The position numbers were made by a program, and so were the translations under genes. This document shows positions 36,201-47,165 of a stretch of 64,000 bases of DNA, piece by piece. The notes under the pieces were generated by a model that searched no databases, was not told where the DNA came from, and worked only from the letters and a program-made list of their open reading frames with translations. This DNA is from Picochlorum sp. SENEW3 (Eukaryota). The number at the start of each line of letters is the position of its first letter. Positions within the stretch are counted from its first letter, which is position 1. The stretch covers positions 186,001 through 250,000 of the forward strand of contig CP120458.1 of the NCBI GenBank assembly GCA_034226945.1, given 5' to 3'.

Positions 36201-38615
36201 TCTTAGAAGGAAGGGGCGCAACACTGAATGAAGACGGTGGACAATCGCCTTGTTGTACTCTGCAGATCCCTCAACCATTCCTGTCAATGGATTTGAGAAC
36301 CAATCTTTGAATTGGGCATGAGATGCGAACACTTGAGGCATCAAAAAGTGCATCAGGGACCATAACTCCATTAAATCATTTTGCAGAGGTGTACCAGTGA
36401 TGAGAAGCCGTCTCTTGGAGTTGAAATTCAGCAGTGTTTGCCACCTCTGGGATTTCCAATTCTTGATCATATGCGCTTCATCTAGAATCAAATACTTCCA
36501 TTTCTTGCGACGAAACATCCTAGCGTCCTGAAGGATCAGAGTATACGAGGTAATGCACACATGAAAGGCATTAGGTTTGGACCAGCCCTGTCTCTTTGCT
36601 GCCCTTTCCTTTGGAGTTCCGTAATATGTCAGCAATTTGAATGCTGGACACCATCTCTTAAACTCCATTTCCCAATTGAGCATGACCGAGGTTGGAACTA
36701 CGATTAAATGAGGGCCCCAATCTCCACGTTCACATGCAAGCCAGGACAAGAGGGCAATGGTTTGGATCGTTTTCCCTAAACCCATCTCATCTGCCAAGAT
36801 GCCATTCAGATGCTTGTGATATAATGTGACCAACCAGTCTAATCCAATATGCTGATATTCTCTCAACTCTCCCTTCAGCAAGAACGGAATTGGCGTCTTT
36901 ACATTTGCTGTCGCAAGAGTGTAACCAGTTGGCTGGGCAGCAGCCATTGCCTCTAGAGCACCAGACATGCCTGTGTTTTCCTTCTCATCCTCTGCATTCT
37001 GTACGCTTGTTTCTAGACCTTTAATATCCTGTCTGTCATTGTATGTCTGTGGTCGATATCCTTTATATTTGGCCAGCAGCTCCTCCAATGGCAAGTCAGC
37101 ATCCTCTTTTAAACCAGCTGCCTCTTCTGCTTGCAACTGGGTAAAGCTCTTTCCGCTCTCTGCCAATGCCATCCTTTCTTCCTCTTCTAACGTTTCTTCA
37201 TCATCTGCATCATCATCCTCGCCTGACCGATACTCATCCTCTTCCAAGTCCACAACAATATTGTCTTTTGTAAGCATTTCTAAATCGCTTTCCTGATTCA
37301 GATCCAAATTTTCACTCATCTGGTCCTCACTGTTGTGTAACTCTGGCTTGTAACCTTTGTACCGTGCCAACAAATCTTCCAAAGGAAGATGGGCATCATC
37401 TTCAAGGCCTGCTCTTTCTTCTGCATGCACCTGAGCAATATCTTTACCACTCTCAGCCAAAGCCAGTTGCTCCTCCTCCTCTAGAGTTCTTTCGTCATCA
37501 GCATCATCGTCCTCATCGCTTTTATATTCATCCTCATCCATGGGATCTACTGCATCTTGTACGTCTATATCGGGCAACTCACTAAATTCTTCAGCTAGTC
37601 TTCTACCTCCATTTCTAGAGGATACTAAGGGTGCTGACGACTGTCGAGACGGCCCAGCTTGATCAGAAAGTTTTGCACGCTCCACAGGATATCCATATCG
37701 CTCCAGCAATTTCTCCAGGGGAAGCTCGGCATCCGCTGCCAAACCAACATTCTCATCCATCTGCTCTTGACGAAACTTTTCACCAAACTCAGCTGCAGCC
37801 ATCCTCTCTTCTTCTTCCAGGGTAGCCTCATCATCGGCATCATCATCCTCACCACTCCGATAGTCCATACCATCATCCTCGTCCATGTACTCGTTCTCTG
37901 AGAGACCATCCTCACCAGTGACACCACCACCAGCAGTCGTACCTTGTGACACATCTTCAACCTGGCCTGCCATGCCATTCTCTCCCCTCAACCTCTCTGC
38001 CAACAAGATGCTATATTTATGAGTCTGCTTCAACAGCACATCCATCTGTTTATCCAACACTTGCTTCTTCCTAGCATCAATCTCATTCTTCACCTTGAAT
38101 GCAACCACTTTGTGTGCCTTGTTCCATAAAGCCATCACCTCCTTTGCAATCCACGCAGCCCTCTTCCTCAAGTTCTTTTCCTCCTCCTTCTCCCGAAGAA
38201 CATTGCGACTCTCTACATCCATATTCGACCTCTGTGCACTCCCAGCAAGCCTCTTCGCACTCTGTATCTTCCACCGCCTCTCCTTTTGAAATTCCTTCGC
38301 CAACCATGACATTTCCTGAAGCATATTATCCCAATGCGTCTTACCCCTCTTTGGCTCTGGAGCTGCAGGAAGCCTCATCTTTGACACCTCCTGCTTGATC
38401 CTCTCAGCTCTCCGCAACACCTTATCCTCCTCCTCCATTTCCCGTTGCAGATGATACTGCAATTCTTCAATCGTCCATTTCTTCTGGATCACCGCATCAC
38501 CCTGGCTCTCATCAAAACCACCATCTTCTTGCTTAATGTCCACCACCTCCTCCTCCTCTTCCTTCTTCAGTGCCTTGACACTCGAGGACTCTGGACCACG
38601 TCGCCTCGCACCCAT
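33222..38615 (-). CDS. PIE1: SWR1/PIE1 SNF2-family chromatin remodeller; intron 34173..34265
   Basis: HSA domain (KTHWDNMLQEMSWLAKEF), NGILADEMGLGKT, LILDEAH, split ATPase with insertion, [23 protein letters not shown] and a SANT-like C-terminal exon. Confidence 0.95.
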
Positions 38616-39129
38616 CTATAACCCCTATAAATATGTTAATATGAAAATAGGGTACTCCCAAGCCCCTCTCCAAGCGCATCCAAGGAATGCTGCCGAATTC
38701 TTTTGAATGGTACGAATCCCAGTCAGAGCACCTGCTATTGGTGTATAGAGCCCTTTTTAAGTGGCAGTACTGTACCATATACTAATATAAATACCAATCT
38801 GCATGCACAGAAGGAGCGTCGTCATCATTAGTCGTAGAATCATTTGGACAACCAGTTCCATGCCAGTCTCTGGCCCAACCATCCAATCAATCATACCTGG
38901 TAGTCCCATATAGCGTATATAAATATCTCCGATACTGAGACTGTGCCACACATGCAACCTTATAGGCCACCCAGTCTGCAGTCGAGATCTGCAGATCTCT
39001 GATTAGATCTTTATAAAGATCTCTCGAGAGACGAGCTCGTCTCAACCAGAAGAATTTAACCCATTGATGGTTCATGATCAGGGCAGCGCAGAGGTTGGTT
39101 TTATTTATCTGTCTACTACTAAAGATTTC

Positions 39130-39909
39130 ATGGATGGAATTATGTTTCAATCAGTTCGAGGAGTACCGACAAGGACAGTGGCGAGAGCAGTGGTATCGTT
39201 GAATAAAACTCATACCCAGCAAAGACCCTTCAGTGACCATCCTTTTCGCCTTGGCATTGGACATTTGAATAGAAAGACGACACCTGATCTATCTGTGATG
39301 GCATCAAAGGCTGATGATGTGAAAGGAGAGATGTTGGAGCCAAGTGTTGCGAACAAGCCACTTGTACGCTTTGCTGCTTTGGCTGCCATTGTTGCTGCCT
39401 CGGCCAAGGCCACTGGGTTTCTTACGGTGAAATCGATTGGGTTTATTCATATGATGGCATTTGGGGCGTGGTTTGGGACCTTGGTGTGGACGTCTTTCAT
39501 CTTTGGTCTGGTGGCCTTCAAGACTCTTGCAAGGCAGACATTTGGCAAGCTTCAGTCCAAGCTATTCCCCAAGTATTTTGCTCTTACTGGGGCAGCTCCT
39601 GGGTTGATGCTGGCGACGTTGCATTACTTGGCTGGTGGGGCTCCTCCAGTGACTGAAGTGAGGTTGCTGGCTATATCTGTGGCATGTGCTGTTGCCAACC
39701 TCTTGGTGGCCGAGCCTGCTGCGACATCGGTGATGTTTGAGCGGTATGCTTTGGAGAATGCAGAGGGTGAGAGGGATGAAGGTCGTATTGCGGCGCTGAA
39801 GAAGATGTTTGGAAAATGGCATGGGATTAGTTCTCTGTTGAATTTGGTGGTGTTGGTGTGTGCAGTGGGGCATGCATATTATCTTGGTGGACAGTTATCC
39901 TTTATGTAA
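39130..39909 (+). CDS. DUF4149/TMEM205-family membrane protein
   Basis: Motifs W..FIFGLVAFKTLARQTFGKLQSKLFPKYF and FGKWHGISSLLNL. Confidence 0.85.
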   Translation: MDGIMFQSVRGVPTRTVARAVVSLNKTHTQQRPFSDHPFRLGIGHLNRKTTPDLSVMASKADDVKGEMLEPSVANKPLVRFAALAAIVAASAKATGFLTVKSIGFIHMMAFGAWFGTLVWTSFIFGLVAFKTLARQTFGKLQSKLFPKYFALTGAAPGLMLATLHYLAGGAPPVTEVRLLAISVACAVANLLVAEPAATSVMFERYALENAEGERDEGRIAALKKMFGKWHGISSLLNLVVLVCAVGHAYYLGGQLSFM

Positions 39910-39910
39910 T

Positions 39911-40867
39911 TCAATTTAATGATTCATTCGATTGGCCTGGAGATACCTCCATGATGAGGCCCCATGCGAGAGATACAGGGCTTCGAGTATCTGCTTGAAT
40001 GACAGCTTGCATTGGGGGGCTTTGTAAAAATGACTCGACTGCACTGGAATCCTGTGGGAAGCGAGCTATGAATATTGTATCGCATCTGAATTGATCATCG
40101 CAAGAAATGCATTCTTTTTCTTTTTCTGGCTGGAGCGTATGATTTATAACGCTCAACACTGGCCCATGGGCTGCTTGGACTGCCCCAAAGGCAGACGATG
40201 ATGCCAGCCCCTCTGTCAACCTCAGAAATTCCTCTACATCATCCGTTGATCCATCTGCAGATCGATCAAGTCCTAGTATCAATTCATATCCCTCCTCCCA
40301 CTCGGCGCCTCGCCTAAATATTGATTCCAATTCATTTGGAATAGATGTCATGAATGTCACTGTGGCCACCCCCGCACTCGTCTTCTCCTTTGCCACGTCA
40401 TCCAGCATGTATTTTGTTTTCAGATGATTCAAAAAGTCTTGCATACTCTTCTCGGATGCATATCGGAACAGGATACAGTTGTTAAATTGCTCCAGGCTGG
40501 TTGCTTTGTGTGACTGTGTACCAGATGGGACAAGGCCAGTTATGACTGGGCCTGCTGATCCACACACAGGGCCCCGCACCATGTACTGGAGTGACCAGCA
40601 TGTGTCAATAACCTCTGATATTTGTTCATCATCCAGATCCGGTGTGAGAGAAAACACTGTTAGAGATTCTGCTACCTGGCATGTGTCTGCCGATGCAACA
40701 ACTCTTCCCCTCTTTCTTCCTGTCTCTGTGGCTATGGACTCCATATTGTTTATTTTTGTTGATATAGAGTCGTAATAATGCCTTGGTCCGCTGATCTGAC
40801 TGTTCCTCTGACATGTCGCTGCGCGAGAAGGAAACAATTGGAAGATCGTTCCGATTTGTGAGGCCAT
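39911..40867 (-). CDS. Stress-responsive A/B barrel (Dabb)-like protein, probably plastid-targeted
   Basis: Transit-like N-terminus, then two alpha/beta repeats (TVFSLTPDLDDEQISEVIDTCWSL; ILFRYASEKSMQDFLNH). Family assignment is from pattern only. Confidence 0.55.
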   Translation of the reverse strand: MASQIGTIFQLFPSRAATCQRNSQISGPRHYYDSISTKINNMESIATETGRKRGRVVASADTCQVAESLTVFSLTPDLDDEQISEVIDTCWSLQYMVRGPVCGSAGPVITGLVPSGTQSHKATSLEQFNNCILFRYASEKSMQDFLNHLKTKYMLDDVAKEKTSAGVATVTFMTSIPNELESIFRRGAEWEEGYELILGLDRSADGSTDDVEEFLRLTEGLASSSAFGAVQAAHGPVLSVINHTLQPEKEKECISCDDQFRCDTIFIARFPQDSSAVESFLQSPPMQAVIQADTRSPVSLAWGLIMEVSPGQSNESLN

Positions 40868-43189
40868 TGGCACACACTGGCTATGATTTCCTCCGTTTCT
40901 TACTTATTGAATCCACAATAGTCAATGTACTACAACTGTTTTGATAATATGGGGCTGGTTGCGTTTGATTTGACTGTCTTCTCCAGACCATATTTTAGGA
41001 CAGACTCGGGGTACATTCAAACGTATGACATCTGCGATGAACTTTTTTGTTCGATTGATAGCATGTCGAATTTCATTGGAGCCATGTATTGCTTGGGCAG
41101 GTATTCTTGAAGAAATGGGCCTTCTCCAATCGTCAGAAGGCCAGGTGGGATGCTTTCAGATTTAGGACCAGTCATCAGGGTGGAACCATTCCATCCACTG
41201 TCTTAAATGGCGATTGGTCCCACAGGCCGATTGAGTAGCTCCAGGATCATTGGAGGTACGAAAAGATTGCCATGGTTCCATCAAAGATTTTGCGATGTAC
41301 AGATTATACTCTGTAGAATGTGGCGAAAGATGCTGATAGGTTTCTCCCATCGTCCGGGTCTGTGATGGGAAGGTAGAATATATCCCTAAATGACATGCCT
41401 CTGATTTGACCACGGGTTCAAAATACTTATGTTGAATCGATTCCATATGGATCAGCATGCTGACTGCGCAGTCTAACTTAAGACCGACGAACTTTTTTAA
41501 ATATGTAAGAAATCTCGAATCGACCCCGGTTGGTCCTAATTAGGACCACCAGGTTGGCAAACCGTGGATCCAGGTACAAAAGGTGCTCCAGATCCGGAGC
41601 CTACATACATAAATCGCATAGCCCCCAATGGACTGCACCATTTCCATATATTCTCTACATGGGTGCTCTTCTGGCTACCAAATATAATGGATGAAAATGG
41701 GCAAAATTTGCGTCGCTGGAATTGTTTGTTCGACCCAGGGGGTTTCTGAGGTATGGAAGAGGCCTTAAATAAGACCATCAAGAGGCTCGACCAGGAAAAC
41801 GTCCTTTCGCACCTCGTGACCGTTCAATAGCGACTTCAATGCTTTGGAATGTCCACCTTCGAATTGAATTTGTCAACCGATGCTTCTCCAGCAGTGCTCA
41901 TGATTATTCGTGCTGGACGGATTCCCGAATGCCCGTACCGTGTGTTGCAGAGTGGGTCAGTCTTTTTGTGTATTGATTGACCATTAATGGAGCTACAGGA
42001 AAGGAGAAGGGACATTAGACTGTCCATGACTGTCGTCTGAGATGTATATGACGTCGTCCTCTTCATAGCTCGCGTTCAAAGGATGATCTACCCCATGCTC
42101 AAGATAAAAAAGGAGGTATCTCCACTGTGCAAGTGTGTCCTCCTTGTGTGGCACGTCTTCTGGCTCTTAGAGTTCCAACAGTACTTTGGATTTGATTCCC
42201 TGTCGTGATTGAATCTGTACCCCTTCGTATAGGTCGTTCTGTCCTGTAGTTCACAGTAAAGTCTCCATCCTCCTCTCATTTGGAGTTCCACATGACCAGT
42301 CTTACAATATCAAACACCACTATGAAAAGGCTACATCTTTTAGCATAAACATTCCAAGTATCAAACAGTCACTGGAACGTCTCTCTGTAAAGTGTCATCT
42401 GGTCAACTCATCACATCATAGCAGCACGTTGACTCTCCTGTCACAGGTGGTGTTCAGTCAACCCTTGAGGTCAAGGTCGACTATCGCGAATATTAGTAGC
42501 AATATCTTCCTCGTCTTTGAGTCTATCAGTAGGTCTTTAGGAAAAAACATTTTGTTATTTCATCTTCTTGTCATTTCGTCCACCAGAAGAAGCCACAGTT
42601 CAACTTGGTACAATCAGAAATTCGTCCAAATCACCGCATTTCCACCTTCCGCCAGTCCCCGCGAGACGAGTTTTGGACCATTCGACGCAGAACAGGCTTC
42701 TTAGTCGAATTAGGCCCTCGGAATTAATTAGGCAGGCACAGGCCCGGCAGGCGGCGAATTAGGCCACAGTGCAGATTCGGGATATAAGGAGCCCCAATAA
42801 GACCATGTAGAGAATCGACCAGGAAGCATCATGATGATCATCTTTCGCACCTTTCGTAACTCTTCCAATAGAAATTTTGATATCCTGGAATATTCGAGAA
42901 CAAAGGTGCTGCTCCCGCTGTGCTGAATGTCACTGTTATTCATACTGCATGGTTTGCCGGTAATGCCTGTCCACTCGTACCGTGAAATTTGTGGTCCATA
43001 TCAATAGTGCAAATTGGTTGCCGTCCACAGGAGCGTTTGACCCTGGAAGGTCATCCAGATGCTACAAGATGTCCGCTTCACACACAAAATATAACAAATG
43101 TATGGTTGAAAATAGTCTTCGTCATATGTTTCGACTGTATATTATATTAATCCGCCTACCGAAAACATACATCTCCAGAAGGTGTAGTA

Positions 43190-44119
43190 ATGCATTGTAC
43201 AACCGTCGTCTGTATTTGGCTAGTTTTCCAGACTACCAAGGCTTTGTACACTGATGCCCGCAGACAAACAGACAAGCATGGTGACGTCACCAATCTGCCC
43301 ATAAATAAAATGAATCGGAATACGTCAACATCAAAAAACTTGTTACAAGACGGTGCTTGTGCAATTGTGGACGCATTCGAGCAATTTACTCAACAATGCA
43401 CATGGGGCCAAAACTGTGGCGGAGGATGCGCCCAGTACGCAGATTCTGGCATTGAAAAATGGAATGACCCACTGGACAAGGCATGCTTGGATCATGATAT
43501 TTGTCTTTGCAATGCAAAAACGGTTGCACAGAAAAGATATTGCGACAGAACACTTGCTGATGCTGCACGAGAAATATTCGAAAAAAATGATAAATGCACA
43601 GGATGGAATGTTTTGAATCCATTTTGCTGGGAAGACCCCATCGTGTGTGCCGCTCAAAACATCGTCATTGCAATGGAGGCATTTGGAGGCTCTGGGGATG
43701 ATTTGAATAGCAATTGTTATAATAATCGGAGCCCACAGCCAGAACCACGCCCCGAATCACAGCCTGACCCAAATTTGCAATCTTGCCTGGCAAAGTTCAA
43801 AGGAGGGTGCATGTTTGATGAAGATGCAGGGATCGAAACTTCAAATTGTGGAATAGATTGCTCAACAATGTCATACAGGGATGGTGAATACTATGGTTAT
43901 GTGAAGGACGAGTCGAGCAACATATACCCTCCAAGCAGGGCAGACCGTTGTTGCTGGGAGCATAAGGTATATCTTCACCAGCAAAATGTTTTGGATGGCT
44001 CTAAACAAGCTTGTGAGTCTTATAATCAAATGCTTCGTTGTATGATTTCAAAGCAGTCGTCTTGGGGACAGGCAATGACACGAGAAATAATGGCTTGCCT
44101 CGGTTGTCAAGGAACACAG

Positions 44120-44180
<61 letters not shown>

Positions 44181-44452
44181 CACAACGAGAAAGATGCGAC
44201 TATGAATATTTGAAAGAGTGGGCTCCAGTATGGGGAAATATTTGGGGTAAGAAGTACAAGAAAGTATCCTCTCTGTCAACCTGTGCAAAGCTCTGTTGTG
44301 ATAGTCCAACGTGTAATACATTTGATTGGACTAAAAAGAAGAAAAGAGGTGACAGCTATTGTTATCTTTTCAGATATTCGTGGTCAGAGTTGCCCAAGAG
44401 GAGGAAGAAAGGGAATCGATACGGAACGACTTATGTCGGATATCTAGTATAG
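43190..44452 (+). CDS. Secreted multidomain PLA2-like protein: PLA2 + degenerate PLA2 + (PE)10 linker + PAN/apple-like domain
   Basis: WGQNCGGG..DPLDKACLDHDICLC; second domain SNCG..ADRCCWEHK; C-terminal SLSTCAKLCCDSPTCNTFDW..CYL. Confidence 0.75.
44120..44182 (+). repeat. (CCAGAG)10 coding tandem repeat (Pro-Glu linker)
   Basis: Directly visible. Confidence 0.97.
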
Positions 44453-44472
44453 GTGAAATTTATGCATAGTTA

Positions 44473-45425
44473 ATTTATATATAAATTTTATCGAAAAAAT
44501 GGCAGGGAGGGCATCAAAGCAGAGGCTGATGGACAGGTCTGTGGAGATGAGTGTGAGCCAGTATGGTTGACTTTTCTGCTCTGGGTGATGTATCAGCTGA
44601 GGTGTTCAGCATGCATTGTTCTCATATCAGCATGGATTTCTCTCGTTACTAAGCGTAGAGTTGCATTCAAGAAAGAAGAGTAAGTAGTAAATGAAAAGAC
44701 GCTCGTGTGGCGTACATGATTGTTCTATGGCGTTGCACATGCATTGGCAGACATGTTGTTGCATCTATAGCGGTCTCCTGTTTGACCGCTACGTTATGGT
44801 TGCCAACTATGAGTGATCTCTCATTATTTTAGCCTATGATCATACCTGGAATGTAAATATCAGTAGCGACAAAACTCCATAATGTACTCTATGTTTCCTC
44901 TCTTGTGCTCAGGAAAAGTGCCAGTCAGAGCAAGGCATCTGCAACCTTTCCAGTGATTCTTCTAGCCTCCCTCATGCCATATTTGTGAGCAAAGATTAAT
45001 TTATGTATTCAGAAAGACTGAAATAATAAATAGAAAATACCTCTTGACGACGAATTTGGCATGTTGGTTCTGAGGAACTGTGCTCAAAGTTGCGTAAAAG
45101 TTTTGGAAACTTTTGAGCAAGACTGTCCGCATTGAATTCCCATTGCATAGTACTGTTGAAATATTATATAATAGCGCTTTTTTCTTCTTGGAGAACATTC
45201 ATTGGCCTCTTGATGAACGTGAGTCCTGAATGATGGCCAGGCCCTGTTCTGCACGTTCTTGCAGGTCTGGATTCCTGCAGTAGAGAGTCCATGCAGGAGA
45301 TTCAATCCCATGTGATTCGCCGCAATGCGTCATGATAATAACGTTTGAATGGCAGGGACCAGTTTGCTGCATGGCTGATGCAATCCTCTCCTCAGGAGTA
45401 CTGGCCTGGGTACCGTCCTCAACAG
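44473..45425. repeat. ~0.95-kb dispersed repeat, copy B
   Basis: Same orientation as, and colinear with, 23808..24750. Confidence 0.9.
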
Positions 45426-46488
45426 AACAACAAGGTGATACAGCATTGTAGTGACACAGCATGGTCGCCACTGAATGTCGTTGGGCGTCTGCCACTTGCT
45501 TCATGGTATGATATGATGCGTTTGATGCCATGACAAGGGTAGAATGTGCTTTACGGAGACCTTGGATTGGACGTGGCCATGGTGTGTTGTCCTGTTGTGA
45601 TGCCATGGCTTGACTCAGCAGTTTGGACAAGTTCACCTTGGATATGTGCTTGTCTGGGCTATATGATCGATGTAGTGGATTTTGAGATGCCTTATAGGTG
45701 TATGGAACGACCACGGATCGAGAGAATTGGCGTATGGAGTCCAACAGCACAGAGTGGAGCTCATCAGTAACAGGAATGTTGGCCCCGCCCTTCCTGTGTG
45801 ACACCTTGTCGTGCTGGATCAGAATGAGAGCCTTGTCCGATGTGAGCACAAGGCGGTTTTTTCATGGAGATACCGTGTCAACGCTATCAATGATGGACAG
45901 CGTCGCGCAATCTGCTCGGAGCGGTGGCTGCATGGTGTACAAGCACAGGGCAAACCATTGCCAGTAGTCAGTGGTGTTCGCTGGGTCGCTGTCGATCCTG
46001 CGTTTGATGGCATCCCTGCGACAGCAGATCTCTTGGAACGTTTTAAAGTCTTTACCTTGGACGTTGTGGGCTGTTTCCTGGGTGGCTTGGATGCATAACT
46101 CGTTGGCTTCCTGTCTCCACTTGTCTGTGGTGGGGTGATGGAGTCCAAGCTCCTTTCTCAGGACGGAAACCACGGGAAGCATTATGGACGACAAGACAGA
46201 TATATTGGTATATGTTCGTTTCATGTAGCGGTATATATCTTCAATCTTGGGTATGAGCCACAAAGAGTGCTGTTGGACCTTGGCAGCATCAATCTTGGAC
46301 CGTTTCTTGAGGCCATGCATGACTCTGTAGAGCGTTTCCAATTTGGTTCTGTACGATCGCACATCCCAAGGATTGTCGACATAAAGTTGTGTTGTTCTCA
46401 TACATGGGGAAAGAGATAAAAATTTGGAAATTTTGCGCACGGTCATTCTGCACATTGCCACGTACGTTGGGAAGAGTGCATCCTGCAA
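45199..46488 (-). pseudogene. Tyrosine recombinase (virophage/PLV OLV11-like) interrupted by one in-frame TGA at 45862..45864
   Basis: ORFs 45862..46488 and 45199..45849 are in the same frame. Motifs LYTMQPPLRAD (Arg I), HDKVSHRKG (Lys), QGLRKAHST (Arg II) and VADAQRHSVATMLCHY (His, Tyr). Confidence 0.8.
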
Positions 46489-46490
46489 TA

Positions 46491-47036
46491 ATGACAGAAA
46501 TTGGATACGAGGACTGCGACTATGTGAGCCATGAGACAGGCTGGAAGTTCTGGCCGAATACTTTCCAACACTGGAGCGTTCCTATCGAGTTACATATTCC
46601 ATGCAGGGATCCAATATCGCATTTGATGTCCATGTGCAACTTCAAACAAAGAAAGTTCAATTGCACAAATAGTCTTGAAGTGGAAATAAAAGGGTGCCTC
46701 CTGCAGATGGATCGGGTCTCATCCAAACTAGTAACCGATTACACAAACATTGAAGCAAAATGTTTTGAAGCCCAGAAAATCGACGAGTACATTGAGTATA
46801 TGAGCAGTAAACTACAGAAGAAGAGATTTCCAGCTGCAGACGTTTTCAGGGCAATGAATGCCCCAAGATCTGAAGAGGACGAATGCATTTGGAAGAATAA
46901 GAGTGCTTTATCCTTCACTGAAAAGTACATGAATAATATGGAATACTATCAGTATTGTATGGCTTGCCTGGGCTCCGAGATGGATCTGTTGAAAGATCTT
47001 TCATCTAGTCTAGATGAAAGATATTGCAGCTCATGA
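46491..47036 (+). CDS. Sulfotransferase-like fragment, apparently 5'-truncated
   Basis: IPCRDPISHLMSMCNF resembles the 3'-PAPS-binding 'RDP..R..S' motif. No 5'-PSB motif or anchor is visible. Confidence 0.45.
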   Translation: MTEIGYEDCDYVSHETGWKFWPNTFQHWSVPIELHIPCRDPISHLMSMCNFKQRKFNCTNSLEVEIKGCLLQMDRVSSKLVTDYTNIEAKCFEAQKIDEYIEYMSSKLQKKRFPAADVFRAMNAPRSEEDECIWKNKSALSFTEKYMNNMEYYQYCMACLGSEMDLLKDLSSSLDERYCSS

Positions 47037-47165
47037 CCCTCATCTCAACATTGCTTTGTTAGACCAAAACCCCCACCATTCTTTCCTTATTGACAAAACT
47101 TATATTGTATATGAGTTACATATCCTCCTAAAGTATTGGATTGTACATCAAATTTATCCAAGAAA

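Noticed and set aside
18372..47036. Fanzor/TnpB, capsid, pPolB or reverse transcriptase genes in the islands
   Set aside because: No RuvC/zinc-finger, jelly-roll, polymerase or YxDD motifs recognised in the ORFs or the broken frames I translated. Highly decayed remnants cannot be excluded.
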